Shown here: piece after piece, positions 25,748 through 32,000 of the stretch
How positions within the stretch are numbered: position 1 is the stretch's first letter
How the letters are laid out: each line of letters opens with the position of its first letter
Source of the DNA: Psychrobacter cryohalolentis K5
GTDB lineage: Bacteria > Pseudomonadota > Gammaproteobacteria > Pseudomonadales > Moraxellaceae
DNA: 32,000 nt
Direction of reading: 5' to 3'
Assembly (NCBI RefSeq): GCF_000013905.1
Contig: NC_007969.1
Location: 990,001-1,022,000 of the forward strand
Made by a program: the position numbers and the translations under genes
Notes under the pieces: model-generated
Databases searched by the model: none
What the model was told of the DNA's origin: nothing
Seen by the model: only the letters and a program-made list of their open reading frames with translations

Positions 25748-26962
25748 ATGACCAAGATATCTTCTGGACTTAATCGTCGCCAATTTTTATGTCAAGTCGG
25801 AATCAGCGTAGGGGCAGGGCTGTTAGCGACCCAAAGCATCACTCAAGCGCTGGCTTCTAATACGACTGAGCAAGATAACAGCACGCAACTGACCAAAGAT
25901 GATCTGCCATCAGGACAAGCACAACAAGCAGCGCCCGAAACATTGCAGGCGCAAACGAGTTGTATCACGCCAAATATTGAGACGCGGCTTTTTGCCAGCT
26001 CCAACGTCGGTGGTAGTGACGAGCGTAATGAATTGGCGTTAGATCGCATGGCTTGTGCGGGCTTTAAAGTCGACAATCCTACGATTACCAAACGGCAGTA
26101 TTTGCGCTTTGCAGGTACGGATTCGCAGCGCGCTAGCGATTTGCAAAACATCGCTACAGGTGCAATTAAAGCACCTAAACTGCTACTTGGTGTACGTGGT
26201 GGCTATGGTGCCGTGCGTTTATTGCCGATGGTGGATTGGTCGACGCTTGGTCGTATTATGAAGGAGCGTGGCACGATACTGGCGGGCTTTAGCGATGTGA
26301 CCGCGATTCAGTGTGCGCTACTGGCAAAAGGAGGCATGAGCTCGCTTGCGGCACCGATGCTTTATAGTGAGTTTGGCAAAACCAAACCCGACCAAGTCAG
26401 CTGTCGACAATTTGCGGAAGCATTAACCAATCCAAATCTGGCTATCAATATACCAGACGCCTCTTTAACCAGTCCGAATTTACCGAGTATCTTGGCAAGC
26501 TCTGAGCCAAAAACGATAACGGGCACTATGTGGGGTGGCAATCTAAGCGTGGTGTCAGCGCTGGCAGGCAGTGAGTATTTGCCACGAATTGCTGGCGGTA
26601 TCGTATTTTTAGAAGATGTCGGTGAGCAAGCCTATCGTATTGAGCGCATGCTGTATGATTTGTATTTAGCAGGCGTATTTAAAGATCAGCAAGCCATCGT
26701 ATTTGGCGCGCTATCGGGTAGCGGTGAGGATAGCTATGACAAGCGTTATGATGTCGCCACCGTAATTCGTCAATTGCATAAGCTGACAGGATTGCCGATT
26801 TATAGCGGTATGCGCTTTGGTCATATTGGTCAGAAACACAGCTTTCCACTGGGGGCGACGTGCCAGCTTAGCGCCAATACAGTCGGTGGCTATCAATTGG
26901 TATTTAACGATTACCCAACGATTAAAGCCGATGCCATTCATGTAGAAGGCTTGTGGCAATAA
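25748..26962 (+). CDS. LD-carboxypeptidase (peptidase S66, LdcA family) with a twin-arginine (Tat) signal peptide
   Basis: Tat motif NRRQFL, then a hydrophobic stretch and an ALA cleavage site. S66 catalytic elements GFSDVTAIQ (Ser), FLEDVGEQAYRIERML (Glu) and FGHIGQKHSFPLG (His). Confidence 0.8.
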   Translation: MTKISSGLNRRQFLCQVGISVGAGLLATQSITQALASNTTEQDNSTQLTKDDLPSGQAQQAAPETLQAQTSCITPNIETRLFASSNVGGSDERNELALDRMACAGFKVDNPTITKRQYLRFAGTDSQRASDLQNIATGAIKAPKLLLGVRGGYGAVRLLPMVDWSTLGRIMKERGTILAGFSDVTAIQCALLAKGGMSSLAAPMLYSEFGKTKPDQVSCRQFAEALTNPNLAINIPDASLTSPNLPSILASSEPKTITGTMWGGNLSVVSALAGSEYLPRIAGGIVFLEDVGEQAYRIERMLYDLYLAGVFKDQQAIVFGALSGSGEDSYDKRYDVATVIRQLHKLTGLPIYSGMRFGHIGQKHSFPLGATCQLSANTVGGYQLVFNDYPTIKADAIHVEGLWQ

Positions 26963-27121
26963 AATTTAGGTCTATAGTCGAATCTAAATAAATCAGATAC
27001 GTAACTATCAAGTCGCTCAATGAAAAGTTGTATCGTTTTTATATCGAATTAATTATATAAAATTGTTGCTGTGATAAATTTGTTGCAGCAACGTATTACT
27101 TCTAAAAAATCTACTATAGAG

Positions 27122-28168
27122 TTAAATCGCCAAGCGTGAAAATTTATCCTGATATTCTTTCGGGGTCAGTTCAGTAGCGCGTTTAAAAAGCCTAGTGAAT
27201 GAGGAAATATCATCGTAACCAACTCGCTCCGCTAACGATTTTATCGTCACATCGCCCAATTCTAGTAAGCGCTTGGCCTGCTCAATTCTCACCGCTTGAA
27301 TATACTCAATCGGACGCATCGCAACGCAGGATTGAAAGCGTCTGTTTAAGGTGCGTGGGGTGATATTTACCATGGCTGCCAAGCCGCTAACTTGAATAGA
27401 TTGCTTGAAGTTTTCCTCGATAAACTCTTGTACTTGCTTAACCAGCTGATCTGAATGTGGTTTATGCAATGTCACATTGGTATAGCTGTTTTGATTGCCT
27501 CTTTTACTGTCAATAATCTGGGTTTTTGCCACTTGGGTAGAAATCTCACGCCCGCAATACCGCTCAATTAATAGCAATCCCAAGTCATAAAAGGCGCTAC
27601 CACCTGCCGCACAAAATATATTGCCTGATTGGTGTGCTGAATCAATTTTTGGCTGGCTTTTTGGATGGTTCTTTGATTGAGTGACAAATTGATTCTCTTG
27701 CAAATCAACCAGTGGAAAATCTGCCTTAAACTTACTGGCATAGCCCCAATGGGTGGTCGCTACTTTGCCATCGAGCAAGCCTGCTTTTGCTAAAAAGAAA
27801 GCCCCGCTACAATTACTAGCGATATCCGCTTTGGTATTCGCCAGTCGCTTGATGTGTGGAATTAAATCGCTATTTTGGCTTAATACTTTATCAATTGAAT
27901 CGCCAATGGTTGGAATTAATAGTAAGTCGCACTCTGTGACTTCCTGAATATCGCAATGCGCTCGCATAATCAAACGGTTGCTGCATCTGATATCCGCGCC
28001 ACCTAAGCTTGCAATCTGCACGTCAAACCTTGGTTCTACTGCCTCATCCAAAAACCGTTGCCAGCTGACGCCAGTAAATGAAAATAAATCTAGCGCCCCA
28101 GCGAGCACACTGCCGAGCACGCCATCGAAGCCAACGATAATCACTTTAAACGGTTTGAAGTAGGGCAA
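27122..28168 (-). CDS. GlxA-type AraC-family transcriptional regulator (DJ-1/PfpI-like N-terminal domain plus AraC HTH)
   Basis: N-terminal domain with NCSGAFFLAKAGLLDGKVATTHW. C-terminal AraC HTH (LAAMVNITPRTLNRRFQ ... GYDDISSFTRLFKR). The ORF is open to a TTG at 28195. I prefer the TTG at 28168, which has AAGGAAG 6 nt upstream. Confidence 0.85.
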   Translation of the reverse strand: MPYFKPFKVIIVGFDGVLGSVLAGALDLFSFTGVSWQRFLDEAVEPRFDVQIASLGGADIRCSNRLIMRAHCDIQEVTECDLLLIPTIGDSIDKVLSQNSDLIPHIKRLANTKADIASNCSGAFFLAKAGLLDGKVATTHWGYASKFKADFPLVDLQENQFVTQSKNHPKSQPKIDSAHQSGNIFCAAGGSAFYDLGLLLIERYCGREISTQVAKTQIIDSKRGNQNSYTNVTLHKPHSDQLVKQVQEFIEENFKQSIQVSGLAAMVNITPRTLNRRFQSCVAMRPIEYIQAVRIEQAKRLLELGDVTIKSLAERVGYDDISSFTRLFKRATELTPKEYQDKFSRLAI

Positions 28169-28264
28169 AATTTGGCTTCCTTTAAGTATATGCAAATTTA
28201 TGGCTAATATTCACCAGCTGCACGATACGTAATTTGAAACTCACTCACTATAGGTTAGAGAGGA

Positions 28265-28299
28265 TGTCTTATTTGACCATAATTATGTCATAAATGACA
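28265..28299. promoter_or_regulatory. Candidate operators in the divergent promoter region: TGTCATAAATGACA (28286-28299, perfect 6-2-6 palindrome) and the related TGTCTTATTTGACC (28265-28278)
   Basis: Read directly. Located between the regulator and the acyl-CoA dehydrogenase operon. By chance expectation alone this is not strongly significant. Confidence 0.25.
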
Positions 28300-28367
28300 A
28301 TACGGCAAGGCGTTAAATTAGATTAATATCAATGAATCACCAAATTTAATGAGTTAACGAGAATACT

Positions 28368-30173
28368 ATGGCAGCAGATACGCTTATCAATGACTTTGAG
28401 TTACCGTTCCAACTATATGATGTATTGGGTACTGAACATTTAACCGAGCATCCGAAGTTTGCAGAACACAGCCGCGAAACCTTCGATGCAGTATTAGACA
28501 CCGCCAATAAAATCGCGACCAATTTATTCTTACCGCACAACCATATTGCGGATAAAAACGAACCACAGTTCGATGGCAAAAAAGTCAGCATGATAAGTGA
28601 CGTAAAAGTCGCCTTTGATGCGTTTCGTGAGTCGGGCTTCATCGCTGGTCGTTATAGCTTTGATGATGGTGGCATGCAATTACCCGAAACGGTTATGACC
28701 GCAGTGGCAGGCTATTTTATGGCGGCCAACCCATCAACGACGGCTTATCCATTTTTGACCACTGCCGCGATTAATGTTATCTCACATTTCGCCAGTGATG
28801 AGATTAAAAATGCCTTTATGCCGCGTATGCTAACGGGTAAATTTACGGGCACGATGGCATTAACTGAGCCACATGCTGGCTCATCGCTTGCCGATATCAA
28901 AACTACCGCCGTTAAACAAGACGACGGCAGCTATCGCGTAAAAGGCAGTAAGATTTATATCTCAGCAGGCGATCACGAATTGTCTGACAATATCGTGCAT
29001 TTGGTCTTAGCCAAAGTGCCGGGCGGTCCTGGTGGTGTCAAAGGTATCTCTTTATTTGCCGTACCCAAGTATCGACTCAATGATGATTTATCGGTTGGCG
29101 AGCATAATGACGTCCATTTAACGGGTCTTATTCATAAGCTGGGTTATAGAGGCGCGACTTCTACCGCATTAAGCTTTGGCGATGCAGGCGAGTGCTATGG
29201 CTATCTTATCGGCGAAGAGCATTTTGGTCTGCGTTATATGTTTAAGATGATGAATGAAGCGCGCATCGCGGTTGGCTTTGGCGCCGCGATGATTGGTTAT
29301 CGCGGTTATCAGTATTCGCTCGATTATGCCAAAGACAGAACGCAGGGCAGAATTGCACCAAATAACAAGCCTGAAGATGCAGCAACAGCGATTATCCAGC
29401 ATGGCGATGTTAAGCGTATGCTGCTGGCGCAAAAAGCCTATAGCGAGGGCGGCATATCACTGTGTTTATATGGCTCAAACCTGATTGACCGTATCAATAC
29501 CTGTGAAGATGCAACACTAAAAGCTGAGCTATCAGAACTGCTGGATTTACTCACGCCAGTGTTAAAAGCATGGCCCTCTGAATATGGTCCAAAGGCCAAT
29601 GATTTAGGTATTCAAGTATTGGGCGGTGCAGGTTATACGCGTGAATATCAAGCCGAGCAGTTTTGGCGTGACAACCGTCTCAACCCCATTCATGAAGGCA
29701 CAAATGGCGTGCAAGCGTTAGATTTGTCATTTCGTAAGTTATGGCAAAACAAAGGGCTTGGTATCCAAATTCTAAAACGTGAAATTACTCAAGACTTAGA
29801 AAGTATCAGCACGCCAGAAACCGCCAAACTTGCCGGTAAATTGATGCCTTATATGGGTCATTTGCATGAAGTGTTGGTACATTTAAGCAAAATCCTGCAA
29901 ACGGAAAAAGCACTAACGCTGACTGGCAACGCGCAAGCATTGATGAATATCTTTGCCTCAATCGTAGTCAGCTGGATTTGGATTCGCCAAGCCAGTAAAG
30001 CTGAGCAATTGCTAAGCGAGACAACAGATATTGAAAAGCAGAATTTTTATCATGGCAAACTACAAGCAGCAAAATACTTTATCGATTGGGAGTTGCCGTT
30101 AATCAATCGCGACATCGAACTGTTAAATAACGACAATGCGGTATGTACCAATATGCAAGCAGAATGGTTTTAA
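28368..30173 (+). CDS. Acyl-CoA dehydrogenase, long (~600 aa) subfamily with extra N- and C-terminal domains
   Basis: 601 aa. ACAD core motifs GTMALTEPHAGSSL and QVLGGAGYTREYQAEQFWRDNRLNPIHEGTNG. The N-terminal extension is typical of the DmdC/FadE-like long ACADs. Confidence 0.88.
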   Translation: MAADTLINDFELPFQLYDVLGTEHLTEHPKFAEHSRETFDAVLDTANKIATNLFLPHNHIADKNEPQFDGKKVSMISDVKVAFDAFRESGFIAGRYSFDDGGMQLPETVMTAVAGYFMAANPSTTAYPFLTTAAINVISHFASDEIKNAFMPRMLTGKFTGTMALTEPHAGSSLADIKTTAVKQDDGSYRVKGSKIYISAGDHELSDNIVHLVLAKVPGGPGGVKGISLFAVPKYRLNDDLSVGEHNDVHLTGLIHKLGYRGATSTALSFGDAGECYGYLIGEEHFGLRYMFKMMNEARIAVGFGAAMIGYRGYQYSLDYAKDRTQGRIAPNNKPEDAATAIIQHGDVKRMLLAQKAYSEGGISLCLYGSNLIDRINTCEDATLKAELSELLDLLTPVLKAWPSEYGPKANDLGIQVLGGAGYTREYQAEQFWRDNRLNPIHEGTNGVQALDLSFRKLWQNKGLGIQILKREITQDLESISTPETAKLAGKLMPYMGHLHEVLVHLSKILQTEKALTLTGNAQALMNIFASIVVSWIWIRQASKAEQLLSETTDIEKQNFYHGKLQAAKYFIDWELPLINRDIELLNNDNAVCTNMQAEWF

Positions 30174-30229
30174 GAGATTTTGAATCAGTTTTGATATTAA
30201 TAATAAATACAACTTTAAAGGAATAAATA

Positions 30230-31237
30230 ATGACAACAATGAATAAGCAGTGGCGCTTAAAAGAAAGACCTATTGGCGCGCCGAGTGCAGAGACGTGGGA
30301 TTATACTGAGTCAGAACTACCGACTATCACAGACGGTCAGTTACTGATAAAAATTGAATATATCTCGATGGATCCAGCGATGCGTGGCTGGTTAAACGAT
30401 GCTAAATCTTATATCGCACCGGTACAGATTGGTGAAGTCATGCGCGCTGGTACTGTGGGCGAAGTCATTGAAAGTAAGCATGAGAAATTTGCCGTTGGCG
30501 ATTATGTTGTAGGTCATAACGGCGTGCAATCGTATGCGGTCAGCGATGGCACAGGGCTACATAAAGTCGATCCAAACCTTGCACCTTTATCTTATTACTT
30601 AGGTGTACTCGGTATGCCGGGTATGACCGGTTACTTTGGCTTATTGAAAACAGGCAAGCCAAAAGCTGGCGAGACGGTGGTCGTCTCTGGGGCTGCGGGT
30701 GCGGTTGGTAGCTTAGTTGGGCAAATTGCCAAACTAAAAGGCTGCCGTGTCGTTGGTATCGCAGGCGGTGCTGAGAAATGTAAATTCTTAGTCGATGAGT
30801 TGGGTTTTGATGCTGCAGTAGATTATAAAAATGAGGATGTCAAAAAAGGCTTAAAGCAAGCTTGTCCAAACGGTGTCGATGTCTTCTTTGACAACGTAGG
30901 CGGCGATATCTTAAATGACGTCCTTACCCAAATTAATCTGCGCGCGCGTATCGTGATTTGCGGTGCGATTAGCCAATATAACAACACCACAGCGGTAAAA
31001 GGGCCGTCAAACTATCTGTCATTATTGGTCAATCGTGCCCGTATGGAAGGCATCGTGGTCTTTGATAATATCAAAGAATATCCAATCGCGATGAAAGAGA
31101 TTGCTGGCTGGATTCAGTCAGGTGATATGAAAGTAAAAGATCATATCGTTGAAGGTATCGAGACGTTCCCTGATACTTTGATGATGCTCTTTAAAGGTGA
31201 AAACTTCGGCAAACTGGTACTTAAGGTAGAGGGATAA
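30230..31237 (+). CDS. NADP-dependent oxidoreductase, MDR superfamily (alkenal/enone reductase, YncB/CurA-like)
   Basis: 335 aa. Nucleotide-binding motif VSGAAGAVGSLVGQIAKLKGCRVVGIAGG. C-terminal GENFGKLVLKV is typical of the leukotriene-B4 dehydrogenase/YncB group. Confidence 0.85.
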   Translation: MTTMNKQWRLKERPIGAPSAETWDYTESELPTITDGQLLIKIEYISMDPAMRGWLNDAKSYIAPVQIGEVMRAGTVGEVIESKHEKFAVGDYVVGHNGVQSYAVSDGTGLHKVDPNLAPLSYYLGVLGMPGMTGYFGLLKTGKPKAGETVVVSGAAGAVGSLVGQIAKLKGCRVVGIAGGAEKCKFLVDELGFDAAVDYKNEDVKKGLKQACPNGVDVFFDNVGGDILNDVLTQINLRARIVICGAISQYNNTTAVKGPSNYLSLLVNRARMEGIVVFDNIKEYPIAMKEIAGWIQSGDMKVKDHIVEGIETFPDTLMMLFKGENFGKLVLKVEG

Positions 31238-31240
31238 ATC

Positions 31241-32000
31241 ATGACACTGAATACAAATGGAATTGCATCAGACGTAGCCAGTAACGTTTCTGGTAAACGT
31301 ATTTTAATCACGGGCGGTGCGTCTGGCATCGGTGCGGCAAGTGCGTTATTGTTAGCCAGTCGCGGCGCAAAAGTCGTGATCGGTGATATGGCAGAAGAGA
31401 TGGGCGCAGCCGTTGCCAAGCAAGGTCAAGATGCGGGCAATAGTATCGTCTTTAAAAAGGTCGATGTGACGATTGGCGACGAAGTACGTGCATTATTTGC
31501 CTTTGCCATAGAAACGCTGGGTGGTCTTGATGTCGTGGTAAATAATGCGGGCATCGACCATCAGCCTGCACCGATGCATGAGCTAAGTGATGATGATTTT
31601 GACCGTAATATTGCCGTTAATCTAAAAGGTGTCTGGCATTGCATGCGTGCGGCTGTTACTTGTATGGCAGCCAATGGTGGCGGTCACGTGATTAATGTCG
31701 CCTCTATCGCAGGGCTGCGTTCTGCGCCGTTATTGTCAGCGTATAGCGCCGCTAAACATGGCGTGATGGGACTGACGAAGTCTGCTGCTCATGAATATGC
31801 GCGCGTCAATATCCGCTTTAATGCCGTTTGTCCAAGCTTTATTGATACCCCTATGGTGCAAAATACCATGGCGAAGATGGGCGAGCGAGCGCAAAAAGCA
31901 ACAATTAATGCCAGCCCGCTACGCCGTTTAGGGACAGTTGATGAAGTATCCGGCGCGATTGCATGGCTGGCGAGCGATGAAAGCAGCTTTATGAATGGTC
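31241..32000 (+). CDS. SDR-family oxidoreductase, 3'-truncated by the window edge (absent from the ORF track because no stop is reached)
   Basis: I translated this by hand from the ATG at 31241, 3 nt after the upstream stop: MTLNTNGIASD...KRILITGGASGIGAA (TGxxxGxG), NNAG, and the catalytic YSAAKHG. The frame is open to the end of the window. Confidence 0.85.
   Translation, partial: MTLNTNGIASDVASNVSGKRILITGGASGIGAASALLLASRGAKVVIGDMAEEMGAAVAKQGQDAGNSIVFKKVDVTIGDEVRALFAFAIETLGGLDVVVNNAGIDHQPAPMHELSDDDFDRNIAVNLKGVWHCMRAAVTCMAANGGGHVINVASIAGLRSAPLLSAYSAAKHGVMGLTKSAAHEYARVNIRFNAVCPSFIDTPMVQNTMAKMGERAQKATINASPLRRLGTVDEVSGAIAWLASDESSFMNG

Noticed and set aside
27065-27092. Hairpin GTTGCTG..CAGCAAC between the convergent ldcA-like and araC-like genes, as a terminator.
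   Set aside because: The stem is only 7 bp with a 14-nt loop and no clear U-tract. It is plausible but not well enough supported to list as a feature.

Overview
This window looks like chromosomal DNA from an AT-leaning gammaproteobacterium, probably Moraxellaceae and Psychrobacter-like. That assignment is an inference from gene content, the RNase HI-DnaQ fusion and the codon style, with no database search behind it.

I can support 26 protein-coding loci, most of them core housekeeping:
- Plus strand, 1-12.7 kb: topoisomerase IB (5' partial), an acyl-CoA synthetase with an HSD10-like 3-hydroxyacyl-CoA dehydrogenase, an L,D-transpeptidase, clpB, a PQQ-type sugar dehydrogenase, and two tandem BCCT transporters. 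The upstream BCCT copy is frameshifted.
- Accessory islet, 12.75-15.2 kb: a nested inverted-repeat element, a Kazal-like lipoprotein, and an intact IS3-family element.
- Minus-strand array, 15.2-23.5 kb: DUF3144, metK, nth, an rnfB-like ferredoxin, nudC, a fimL-like gene and an rnhA-dnaQ fusion.
- Small genes, 23.8-25.4 kb: a lipoprotein, a small membrane protein and a DUF1232 protein.
- 25.7-32 kb: a Tat-signal LD-carboxypeptidase, then a GlxA/AraC regulator divergent from an acyl-CoA dehydrogenase / NADP-enone-reductase / SDR operon (3' partial).

I recognised no rRNA, tRNA or CRISPR array. I did not find a convincing multi-gene novel system such as a defence island, toxin-antitoxin pair or retron.

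The best leads are single-locus oddities:
1. An A9 homopolymer sits exactly at the RNase HI / epsilon domain junction. Both alternative frames stop next to an in-frame ATG (TAATG / ATGGCTGA), giving a dnaX-like recoding or fusion-switch architecture.
2. A lipid-anchored protein carries a Kazal protease-inhibitor scaffold.
3. A roughly 150-bp nested inverted-repeat element lies between convergent genes.
4. The IS3 element, with its target-site duplication, split a perfect terminator palindrome.
5. In-frame hexanucleotide microsatellites occur in nudC and in the DUF1232 gene.

All hairpin, repeat and motif coordinates were derived by hand from the printed sequence and may be off by a base or two.
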